From contig CM035352.1 in assembly GCA_020137815.1 (NCBI GenBank), forward strand, positions 2,418,001 through 2,482,000: a stretch of 64,000 nt of DNA, written 5' to 3'. This document shows positions 1 through 10,822 of this stretch, piece by piece. Below the pieces are notes generated by a model that was not told where the DNA came from, ran no database searches, and worked only from the letters and a program-made list of their open reading frames with translations. Each line of letters begins with the position of its first letter. Position 1 is the first letter of the stretch. A program made the translations under genes and the position numbers. This stretch comes from Hormiphora californensis (lineage: Eukaryota; Animalia; Ctenophora).

Positions 1-2129
1 GGAAATACAACTACTCAAATTGAGAGAGCAGTGAAGGAGCAAATTACAACAGATAGATTGGTAGGAAGTAGACAACAAACACACACACTACTATCATGGT
101 AAAAACAACAATCCTACTGCAATTACATCATGAGACAACAAGATTGGGTGTCAGTGTAATTTTACTAGTAGGTAACAGTCACCCTGTGTGATAGGAAGGT
201 AGCAAAGAAAACTCTATCTGGTGCAGCTCAGTAAGTTTACACCCACCCTCCAATAATCAAATTGTAAACCCACTCTACCTACATACGTCATACCACACCG
301 TATAGGATGTCATATATCAAGCTAAAACAAACAGGCAGCCATGTAGCTCGTCTCTCACTTCTTTGTCATAGCAACTATATAAAGGGAGAAAGGTCAAGAG
401 TAAATGGCAAGCTCATAAAATAGGAAGAACAATGTGAATGCTGCATAAATGTTAAATACCCCAAAGCTTAGATCTATTATAGCTCATCTTATAATAAGAT
501 GAGTGGTCGTAAAAAGAAAATGCTTCTATGTGCCAGTATTTCTGTGTGCCAAAATTAACAGCGTGTGATACACAATTAGATACAACGTGGTGTCAACGTT
601 GTGGTTTTATATGGCTTCTTATGTCATAATAGTTCAAACACAAGAAACAAATAATTTCCGTGGAATTGATAGATTATAGGTCTATCTGATACTCCAGGGT
701 TCGAGGTAGGCAGTCCAATAGAATATTACTATTAGCTATTATCGAGAACTGAAAAGAGAGTGTAAGCAAGTTAGCAAGCACATATGAAGTTAATTAAGGT
801 TTCAATGGCTTTCTTGTTATCTTGTTATCATCTTCGTGTATAAACTACAGTCTACACAGATGTCAGTTCCTCACAGAGCCTCCCCTCCCTGGAAACTATC
901 CGTATCCAGATTGAATTGTTGTTTAGTTTTGAGTATCCGAGTAGGTACCGGTGGTCAATCCGGAAATCTCGTCATCCATTTCCCCAGAAGTACCTTGAAC
1001 GATGGTAGGTCTTCCGCCATTCAGGATGAAAATCGAGCGTTGTTTCGTAGCTCCGACAGACGTTACACCTCGGCCTCAAGGTACACGATAAGTCTCCAGG
1101 GTGGACTTTTGCAACTACAAAACACTTGGCTGACTGCCATACAAGAAAGTGAGAGAATTGTAAATAGCTATAGAATCACATCTTTAGATCAAGTTACAGA
1201 GAGAATAGGGATTTCCTTAATCGAATGAAAGCAAATCTGATAACGACTCACGGTAACTGTTCTCAGCTCTGCTGCAAACTCTGGATATTTCATGATGCGA
1301 TTGTTTGCGGAGTAGATCTATCACGCGCAAATTTATTTTACTTTTACGCTGCTTATTAGCCTTGCCGCGCCGCGCGGAATCGCTAAATTTGATCTCCAAA
1401 AAAGTTGTGTGATCGCGAATTTCTGCGAATTTTTTCACTTCAATTTTGGTTTTTGAAAATCCGAAGCCAATGTGAAGTCGCTCAGCCTCAGAACTTTACC
1501 CAGGGTATTACAATGTTGCTCTGGTTCATAGCTGTGTCGGTTTTACAAGTTATGGTCCACGATAGACACTGTTAATCCCAGAACGGTCAACGGCCCGCAA
1601 AGGGACAATCTGCGGTCAAGTCACAATCACAAAACATTTTATATTCCGCTTTATAGTTTATAGCTTAACTACTAGAGAAGTACTTAAAATATAAGTCTTA
1701 CATTTCTGGGATTAAAAATGATCCAAACCCGCTTGGGGGAAAGCCGTGCGGCGTGCACTGCCCCTGGCACTGCCCCTGCGGTCAACTTCCCGAAACGAGA
1801 TGCTTTGGCCTTCGGTGCTTTGTGTTGGTGTTACCCTGATATATTACAGCTCAAAGATACATTCTGAATGTAACATTCATACTGGCTTCCAAAGAGTTGT
1901 TTAGACACTGTAAGACGGAAGATGTCTTAGAATGTGCTTTAGTTTCAACTTTGTTTTGGAAACGTTACTCAGCTTGGATTTATATTCAAAAATAAAAACT
2001 GTTTGTATACAGAAGTATATTTTCAACTTTTCTCTCTTTATAACTGCAACCATCTCTGATCAGACCTAAAATCTGACCTCTCTCTTCAATCTTCATCAAT
2101 TTGAAAATTGTTCTTCTTCCGACAACTCT

Positions 2130-3109
2130 TCACTTGGGTTTACAAGTCATTCCCACAAACTCGATGTAATTAATCTTTCCATCTCCATCAAAGTCTGCTT
2201 CCTTTATAAGCTCATCAGCCTCCTTGTCAGTCAGGGGATCACCAATAGCAGTTAGGACACGTATCAGCTCCGTCGTCTCGATATACCCGTCATGATCATC
2301 ATCAAACACTTCAAACGCCTCCCTGATAGAGTTGTTGTGGTTACTGAGTTGTCATGGTTACAGAGTTTTCATGGTTATTATGTTGTCATGGTTACTAAGT
2401 TGTCATGGTTACTGAGTTAGCAAGTTGTCATGGTTACTGAGTTGTTATGGGTACTGAGTTGTCATGGTTACTCAGTAAGTAAGTTGTCATGCAAAATAAT
2501 GCCTACATTGATGTGTTATCAAATACTTACTTAAGTTCTTGGTCCAGAAAGCCATGTCTGTTCCGGTGCTCAGCTATTATCTCCCTGAAACGAGTCTGTT
2601 AGTTATATGAACTCATGACCTCCCGGCTCCCACACCCAGGACGTGTCCACACCCTATCTACCTACCTAGTTATGTACATCAATTATAACAAATCATCGCA
2701 ATTCTGGCTGGTGGTATTGCTAACTTACAGGAATTCCTGGAATGAAATGGTGGTTTTCTCAATACTGCTCAGTTCTGTAACATGGTGATTGATTTCCTCC
2801 TCCGTAGGAACACCCCCCGCACATCGCATCACCTGACCTAACTGGTCCAGCTTTATTGTACCCGCCTCTGCAAAGGGTTTAGTTAGTGGACACTATTTTT
2901 TTCGGAAAATTTGATGTTTACAGGTGGAAAGGACTCCACTGAAAAGATGTCTTATTTCTACGATAACACATACTTCCTTTGGTGAAGACGCTGAAGACCT
3001 TCTTCAGCTCCGATACCTGGTCCTCACTAAGGGGGTACTCTCCTGCCATGTGTTTCTTTTGTGGTGTTGCCGGCTTCTTCCCCTTCCCCTTCTTTTTAGT
3101 TGGCGGCAT
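2130..3109 (-). CDS. Calmodulin-like EF-hand protein with Lys/Pro-rich N-terminal extension (exons 3109-2974, 2867-2729, 2584-2531, 2322-2130)
   Basis: Phase-consistent GT-AG splicing gives [13 protein letters not shown]...[45 protein letters not shown]...ISFQEFLEII...[66 protein letters not shown]. The two C-lobe EF-hands are canonical; the N-lobe loops are degenerate. Confidence 0.9.
2331..2491. repeat. Intronic ~17-bp tandem repeat containing RFX X-box-like 14-mers
   Basis: Five exact GTTGTCATGGTTAC copies (2348, 2382, 2399, 2424, 2458) plus degenerate copies. Confidence 0.85.
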
Positions 3110-3340
3110 AGCTCTTACCTACTAAACAAATGTTAGTCATTGACAATTTTGGGATTGGCATCTGCAATTTCAACATCTTCAGAACTGTTGAAGTGAAATT
3201 TATTAAGAAAAATACAAGTTTTTGTAGGCAGCTGCAGTAGGAGGGCTAGGAGCAATTTAGAAAATAGAAAACACTTCAAGTTGACTGTTGAGAACTGAAA
3301 GTGATGTTGGGGCGAAACATGTACTAGCGTACAGCGCACA

Positions 3341-3344
<4 letters not shown>

Positions 3345-3435
<91 letters not shown>

Positions 3436-3477
3436 ATACCTCTCTCTATCTCTCCCTCTCTCTCACTCCCTCTCTCT
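3345..3477. repeat. (CT)n microsatellite
   Basis: Long pure CT run followed by a degenerate tail. Confidence 0.97.
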
Positions 3478-4542
3478 GTAACGCTGACTCTGATTAATTG
3501 ACCACCACTGCTCCTGTCAAGCTGAGTCAGTATACCTAAAACCATCTATGAAGTGTGTACAAAGATGTTGGGAGAAAGCCTGAAGTTGGGTGTGTTATAC
3601 GGGAGGCAGGGGGCCGGGGTGATTGAAAAAATATGTTATAAGATAAGTCGGAGAGCAAAAAAGTACAAGATAAAACATTTTCGAGGCGATATCATTACAT
3701 ATTTGACTGCTCTGCACGTACAATGCTGTTCAAAGTTCAAACATATAATATGTTCTATGGTGATACAAGCGTTCTACAAGGTGGGCTTGACACTTGACAA
3801 GAGAGAAACAACACAACTATATCTTCAGCAGCTGGCCACCAGCAAACAGGTTCCTTCCACAAAGGAGAGTACGAGAGTAGAGAATGAGAGCGCGAGAGAG
3901 TGAGGGAGAGATTAAAACGAGAGAGAAAAAAGAACATTGGAGTGTGTGGGTTGTCAGGGTATTTACCAAAGAACGTTGTAATGTGATATGCCCCCGGAAA
4001 TTCTTCTATACGAGCAAATCGAATATCTGGCTAGCAGGCAGCTTTGAGTGTGTTCTCAGTTAGCTGAGTCTGTTCCTGAATTGGTTACGAAGTCACCCCT
4101 AATATTTCACTGGGGCGCTCGCGTGGAGGGGTAATTTCATTACCAAGTTCCTGAAATGAACTATGGAGGATGTGGTCGGTAAACGATAAACAAGGCAATA
4201 TAGAAACAGTAAAGACAATAATTGGAAAAGTTCCAGCTAACATTCGACTAATTGGTGGTCTATAAAGTAGATACACGGTATAGTAACAGACACTCGTAAG
4301 GAGAGAGGAGACACAAATATAAACCATTTATCACGGCTTTCTCTCCTACTATTCCTTTCCTTCGCTCTCTCTCTCTCCCCATCTCTCTTTCTCTCTCTCC
4401 CCTCTGCCTATCTCTACTATCCCTATGGCAACTACCGTGTCCCCCTGGACAGACCATACTTCATTCACTATGACTAATGACCTCAATAATCCTAATGAAT
4501 ATCACCCCTTCTCTAGCAGACATCATCTCAACTAGCAGGCAC

Positions 4543-6603
4543 ATGTCCAGCTACTAGTCCGCCGGGTACATCTACCAGCGCCTCCCCGAGCAGGAAACGC
4601 CAGAAAACTGGATCAAAAGGTGACACAAAATTAATTGAAACTGAAAAGTAAATATATGAATTGTCAATTGTGTTATGTAAACATAACGCAAATATAATAT
4701 TCAGAAATAAGATCTGTGCAAGATTTATAAAGGGAAGAAAATAGAAAAATACTCAGTATGCAAAAATTAAATTTGATTTCTGTTTTCAACTTTGATAACA
4801 TGTGTTCTCGCCCAGGTGAGGAAAGTGCCACTGCGCCTGATATCCCTGCAACCCAATCTACGGAGACGGTATCGTGCCCTATCTGCTTAGACAGCTGGTC
4901 CTCCAGTGGGCCCCATCGCCTGGTATCCCTCAAGTGTGGGCACCTTTTTGGGCAGTTGTGTATTGAGCGCTGGCTAGGAACACGAGATACCTGTCCCCAG
5001 TGCAATGGGAAGGCTAAAAAGGGTGACATTAGGCCGATATATGCTAAGATTATCAGTGCTGTTGATACCACTGACCGTGATGATGCCATCTGTTCTTTAG
5101 AGGTATTTAGTTTTAGTTTCTTGAAAAACTCAACTCATAAATCAGAAAATAATACAATCTCCCCTAAAACAAAATAACTTTTTATTTCCAAATTGGATAG
5201 TGAAGACCTCTAAACTTCCCAGGCAGAAAAGCAGAAGAGGAACCATCTCGAGAAGTTGCACCTTACAACCAGTATGCAGTGTCACATGTATGCATCACAC
5301 AACAGGAAGCTGAGGAAGGAGATAGAGGAGTTGAAATCACGCCTAAAGGTACATCATTTAATAATCTTTGATTCAATTTTAATTTCAATTGGTTGCTAAT
5401 TACTGCTCCTTAATTGATCCCTAATTACTCCCATCCCTTTCAGTTGGGCATTGTAGCAGCAGTACCGCCTGTTCCAGGTCACGGCTTCTTCGTCCCTCTA
5501 CGTTCCATTGTAGCCTCACCTGACAAGAAGTGCACCTGCATTCAATTGTGATAACCACTCAGGAATCATTGCAGTGGCTAAAACTCTGGAGGATAACCCT
5601 AGCAAGTTTGGGATTCTCAAGATCAGCTCTCTGGATGTCAATCACCATGAGTTCGTGCATCTCCATAGCAACACGATACGTGATCTGGCGTTTGATCCCC
5701 ATGGCAACACCCGAATTCTGTCCTGTAGCCGGAGTAAGGAGCTGAAGATGACCTGTCTGAAGACAAACACCACCCTCGTAACATACAATACGACCCGGGA
5801 GTGCTGGAGTTGCGGATGGAGCCCCGCCCGACCTGAACAGCTGTTCTGCTGGTCTCCAAAACGGTCAGGTCATGGTATACGACATCAGGAACACGAGGGG
5901 TGCACTAAACACGATCAACCCGAACGCGGCACCCCAGAAATGTCCCGTTATCTCTGTCATCTCCCCTGCTAAGGATACCCTGCTAGTATCCACACTGAAG
6001 TGTATGACCCTCTACAAGATGGATGCATCAGGTAAAACTGAGTGGACAACATTCCCACTTCCACCCGGTGCCCTCTCCTCAGTTTCCTATGACGAGTCTC
6101 AGTCCCTTGTTTTAGCCTCCTACAAACCCGGGTTAAAGCACCAAAATGAGCGGCACGTGCTGATGACACTGAACACCGAGGAGAGCAGTGTGGATGTGAT
6201 TCAGACCTTTGCAGGGTCTACCCAACAGACAGTCCGGAGTAGATCGTGTCTAGTTCGTTGTCCTGACAACGACCAACATATCATGGTGTGTGCGGGGAAC
6301 CAGGCGGAGGGGGTTGTCAATGTCTGGACACGACCTTCTGTCAGCACCAATAAGGAGTGTCTCCAAAAGCTGGATAGTGCGAGGGAGTATGGGCCGGTAA
6401 TTGCAGTGGGATCCCTTAGAATCTCTGGATCAGACCACCTTATCGGGCTGACCAATCAGCGGGTTGTTATGTACAAATGGCAGTACCCTGAAGGTCATTT
6501 TGAGGAGTCTGAAATGTTGGATGATGATCCGTATCCGGTTACCAGGGCAGTTTTTGACTTGAATTCAAGTTATGACACCAGCTGGCTACCCGAGAGGATC
6601 TAG
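4543..6603 (+). CDS. RFWD3: RING and WD40 E3 ligase RFWD3 (exons ~4520-4619, 4816-5102, 5223-5348, 5443-6603), with apparent +1 frameshifts
   Basis: RING CPICLDSWSSSGPHRLVSLKCGHLFGQLCIERWL...CPQC is typical of RFWD3; it is followed by a coiled coil and WD40 segments HSNTIRDLAF, CWSCGW and AGLQNGQVMVYDIRN. Start codon is uncertain. Confidence 0.88.
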
Positions 6604-6864
6604 TTTTGGGATTTATTAACCATTCGCAGGATTATATAGACTGTATTATCATATTTCTTGTTTTTCTTGTCGAGCTCGTGAAATGTGAGCAATGAGCACA
6701 GGGTTCAGCTGTGATAGTAAATTATTAGTTTTTATTAGAGCTATGATCTGTATTGTTTTAAACCCAACTTTCGTTATTAATTAACCACTGTTTCCCATTT
6801 TACGTCTCTGTTCTACTCTGTTGAACTAACATGCTTCCCTCCAGCAGATTGACAATATGATGTT

Positions 6865-7959
6865 ATGATAACCCTCGCCAGAGCCCCCCTCCGCCTCATC
6901 CTAGCCCGGTGTTACAGAGTCCCCCCGGAAAGTGCCCTAGTTGATTATCTTGAGGTTACCGCTATTGGCGGAACTGGGGGTACCGGTTGTGCCAGTACCG
7001 TTGAGCTGATCCGCAACCGAAGGAAACCGGACGGCGCTAGTGGTGGTGATGGTGGTGATGTGGTATTCCGGGGTGCCTCAAAATGGAAAGATTTCAGTCA
7101 TGTTAAGGGTGAGTTGTGTGGACAGAACGGAAGGCCGGGTATGGGTTCCGATTTGAAGGGAGGAAAGGGTAGTGATCTGGTAGTTGGGGTTCCTGTGGGG
7201 TCCATTATCGGCTGTCAGGTAACCCAAAAACCCCTAGTAGAATTAGCAAGTGAGGGCCAGGAGTTTCGGGCAGCTAAAGGAGGTAGAGGAGGTAAGGGAA
7301 ATAGCGCAATTTCTCTTAGTCTTCCCGCTGGTCTGGAAAGGGGTAAATGTAGGGAGAGAGAGCCTGGAGAGGAGGGTGAGGTGAAAGATGTCTATCTGGA
7401 GATGAAGATCATAGCTGACATTGGTCTCGTTGGCCTCCCAAACGCCGGTAAATCATCCATCCTTAATGCTATCTCCCATGCCCGGCCCAAAGTGGCTGCA
7501 TATCCCTTTACCACGATGAGACCTCACGTGGGGGTGGTCCACTACCCGGAACACTATCAGGTCACCATGGCTGACATCCCTGGGCTGGTGGAGGGAAGTA
7601 GTCTGGGTCGAGGTCTCGGACACTCCTTTCTGAAACATATCGAGAGGTGTAAGAGTCTGTTGTATGTGGTGGATATGGCTTGTGAAGACCATCCGGCCAT
7701 TGAAACTATATCCATCCTTCACAAGGAGTTAGAGGCGTTCAATCCTGATTTAGTTGACCGAATTGTTGGAATTATTGCCAACAAGATAGACCTCCTACCA
7801 GGTCCCGAGGGAGTGGTTGATCTGGCTCGAGCCTTCCCGAATCTGTCTATAGCACCTGTGTCAGCTATGCAATCTAGGAATATTAGTGCAGTTAGGACAC
7901 TGATTGAGCCTTATAAAACTCTGAATGTTCCAGATGATGGGGTTTCAGATGTTAGTTGA
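6865..7959 (+). CDS. MTG2: Mitochondrial Obg-family GTPase (MTG2/GTPBP5-like), intronless
   Basis: Gly-rich Obg fold (PDGASGGDGGDV, AKGGRGGKGN); G1 GLPNAGKSS, G2 YPFTT, G3 DIPG, G4 NKID; Arg/Leu-rich presequence-like N-terminus. Confidence 0.88.
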   Translation: MITLARAPLRLILARCYRVPPESALVDYLEVTAIGGTGGTGCASTVELIRNRRKPDGASGGDGGDVVFRGASKWKDFSHVKGELCGQNGRPGMGSDLKGGKGSDLVVGVPVGSIIGCQVTQKPLVELASEGQEFRAAKGGRGGKGNSAISLSLPAGLERGKCREREPGEEGEVKDVYLEMKIIADIGLVGLPNAGKSSILNAISHARPKVAAYPFTTMRPHVGVVHYPEHYQVTMADIPGLVEGSSLGRGLGHSFLKHIERCKSLLYVVDMACEDHPAIETISILHKELEAFNPDLVDRIVGIIANKIDLLPGPEGVVDLARAFPNLSIAPVSAMQSRNISAVRTLIEPYKTLNVPDDGVSDVS

Positions 7960-8159
7960 TGTTATTGTGATATTGTATGTCTTTTGTACTAACTTATTTC
8001 TTTTTTAAAAAAATTTAGTGTCCATTACTGTGCATTCAACACCTTGTTCCCAACATAAGTTATTTGCCTTGTTCGACCCCCCTTGAACAAAACAACAAGT
8101 TAGTAGTTACCGTAATTATGCGATGATCACTAATCCCCCTTCCCATATATTTTAGTACC

Positions 8160-10445
8160 ATGGCTACTCGAACCTCCTCACGGATTAAAACCAAGCCTGT
8201 TATCAGTTACGACATCCTGGAAGATGACGAGGACAGTTCAGAAGCGGAGAAGACTGTAAAAAAGGGGAGGGGCCGGGGTCGGCCAAAGAAGAAGAAGGAT
8301 GCTGACGATGATTTCATGGGGGGTCCTGTCAAAAAGAAGGGCAGGGGTCGGCCCAAGAAGAACGGGAATGATGAAAACAAGGACAAGGGAAATACCAAGG
8401 GAAGGAAGAAGAAGAAGCCTCGGAAACGATCCCCGTCTACAAGTAATTCAGATGATGAAAACTCAGATGATGTCGTTTCTCGAACAACGGAGGAGAGATC
8501 TGATGATGAGGATTTATCAGGGAGTGGGGATGATAATAGATCTCGGTCAGGAAGTGAGCAATCTGAATCTGAAGACGACAAAAGGGATGACTCTCCAGAT
8601 CCGAAGAAGAAGGCTGATACAAAGAAAGCACCTGCACCAGGAAAACGAGGCCGGGGACGACCCCCTAAACCAAAAGTCGACAAAAGTGATGAAGACGAAG
8701 AGGATGAAAAGAAAGCACCGCCAGCGGTGGTTAAACGAGGTCGGGGACGTCCAAAGAAGATAAAGGACGTATACAGTGATGTTGATGACGAAGACGATGA
8801 TAAGAAAGATGACAAAAAGGACGACAAAGTAGATAATAACAAAGCCGCCGCTACGAAAAAGAAGCAACCCCAGGGAAAACGGAAGCGATCTGGATCAACA
8901 GAGGACAAAGAGGAGACTGAGATTGCGGACAAAAAGGGAAAAATAGAACAGAAGATTGAGGAGAAAATGTCATCTGGTAATTTCATTGTCCCGGTTGATA
9001 TGCACTGTCCACAAGGTGCCTCAAAGTCAGTGTATAGCGACGCAGATGGCCCGTGGGATGCGATGTGTAACCAAACGAACGTGGGCCAGAACAACAACAA
9101 GTACTACCTCCTCCAGCTGCTTCAAGGTTCCGGAACCTACTCAACCTGGTACCGATGGGGCAGAATCGGGTACACCACCGCTAGCCAAACCAAACTCACT
9201 CATTTTGGATCTCTCGAGGCAGCACAGAAGGACTTCAAGAAGAAGTTTACCGACAAAACAAAGAACCACTGGCCTTGCACCATGGACACCTTCACAAAAT
9301 ACAAGGGAAAGTATGACCTAATCAAGCTGGACTACACTACTAAGGAAGAGGAGGATGAAGTTAAGACGGAAGTGAAGGATGTGATTAAGAAGGAGCCACC
9401 TGTCAGCAAGTTGGATCCCCGAGTTGTGGGAACTCATGGAGCTGATTTCCAATGTCAGATCCATGGAACAGGCTGTCATGGAGATGAATTATGATGTAAA
9501 GAAATCTCCGCTGGGAAAACTCTCTGCAGAACAGATCAGGTCTGGTTACGAGGCACTGACCACCATTGAAGAGTGTATAAAAGAAGGGCCAGCCGCACAG
9601 CTCCAAAGCTAAGGACGCGTGTAGTGCAGTTCTACACCCGTATCCCACACAGCTTCGGCTTCAGCCAGCCACCACTGATCACAACTCTGGAACAGGTTAA
9701 AATTAAGATCGACCTGCTCGACATGCTGATTGACATTGAGGCAGCGGTTAAGGCGATCAAGAAGGAAGTACCTGATGTCCACCCTGCTGACTCGTTCTAC
9801 AAAAACCTGAAGTTGGAGATGAGCGCTCTGGAGAAGGACAGTGATACCTTCCAGATGTTGGAGAACTACCTGCATAACACACACGGTACTACCCACAGCG
9901 CGTACAAGCTGCAGGTTGAGGACATATTTGAGATCAACAAGGATGGGGAGGATGAGAGGTTCAAGGGTGATCTGGGAAACAAGCAGCTTCTATGGCACGG
10001 TTCCAGGCTCACTAACTGGGGTGGTATCTTCAGTCAGGGTCTCCGTATTGCCCCACCCGAGGCCCCCGTTACTGGTTACATGTTTGGCAAGGGGGTCTAC
10101 TTCGCAGACATGGCCAGTAAGAGTGCTAACTACTGCTTCACCTCTCGGCAAAACCCAACGGGGATCCTTCTTCTGTGTGAGGTGGCACTTGGTTCCGAGC
10201 GGGAGTTGCTTCACTCTGACTACAATGCAAACAAGCTTCCGGCAGGAAAACACTCAACTAAGGGAATGGGTGCGAATATTCCTAACCCGGCGCAATCAAA
10301 GATGTTGGGCGATGTAAAGGTGCCGATGGGTGTTCAGGCGAGATCAGACATTAGCAGTAGTCTGCTGTATAACGAATACATCGTCTACGATGTAGCACAG
10401 ATTAGGATGAGGTATGCTCTCCGTGTTAAGTTTAATTACCGATAG
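8160..10445 (+). CDS. PARP2: PARP2-like poly(ADP-ribose) polymerase: AT-hook/acidic N-terminus, WGR, regulatory and catalytic domains; apparent +1 frameshifts at ~9428-9626
   Basis: WGR (NQTNVGQNNNKYYLLQLL, RWGRIG, FTDKTKNHW, GKYDL); regulatory domain (PLGKLSAEQI, FYTRIPHSFG); catalytic H-Y-E triad (LWHGSR, GKGVYFAD, LLYNEYIVY). Confidence 0.9.
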
Positions 10446-10822
10446 AAGGAGGATTGGAAATAGAGCTTAGGAATAGCGGTTTAGTTCACCGGTGAATATT
10501 ATCTTATTTTGCTGAGATTAGCAAAACTTTCATTCGCTGTCTCCGGTGAGAAACAATGTGGCGAAATGAGACGTGTGCTAGAATATATATACGCGGAGTT
10601 TAAGAAACGTACTTTATTGATTGTTTGTTCATATAATTATATCACGTTATTATAACTATCTATGCTTCATTTGTAGAGATTTGTTTCTCCAAAAATGTAA
10701 TTTATTCAACCAACTTTAAAATAATTGTGTTTCCCTTCCCCCATCACTGATTACCCCCCTCCCAACTCAACAAAACTCAACTTTTATAGCGAATTTCTGT
10801 GTGGAACAACTGCATTTCTGTC

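Noticed and set aside
836-1228. 130-aa ORF with WLTAIQ resembling a PH-domain last helix
   Set aside because: No other PH features and no supporting exon chain found; it cannot be called.
1217-1810. CpG-rich, repeat-like stretch with short ORFs
   Set aside because: Looks transposon-derived, but no TIR pair, TSD or transposase motif was found.
3288-3545. SL/ER-repeat ORFs (also 15869-16090, 31112-31414, 59832-60295)
   Set aside because: Translations of CT/GA microsatellites.
8207-9100. 297-aa antisense ORF opposite PARP (and similar shadows at 23104-23683 and 34616-35155)
   Set aside because: Shadow ORFs produced by low-complexity purine-rich coding sequence.
9600-9615. Euplotes-style AAA-stop +1 programmed frameshift in PARP
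   Set aside because: The shift sites share no AAA-TAR motif or adjacent stop; sequencing error is more parsimonious.
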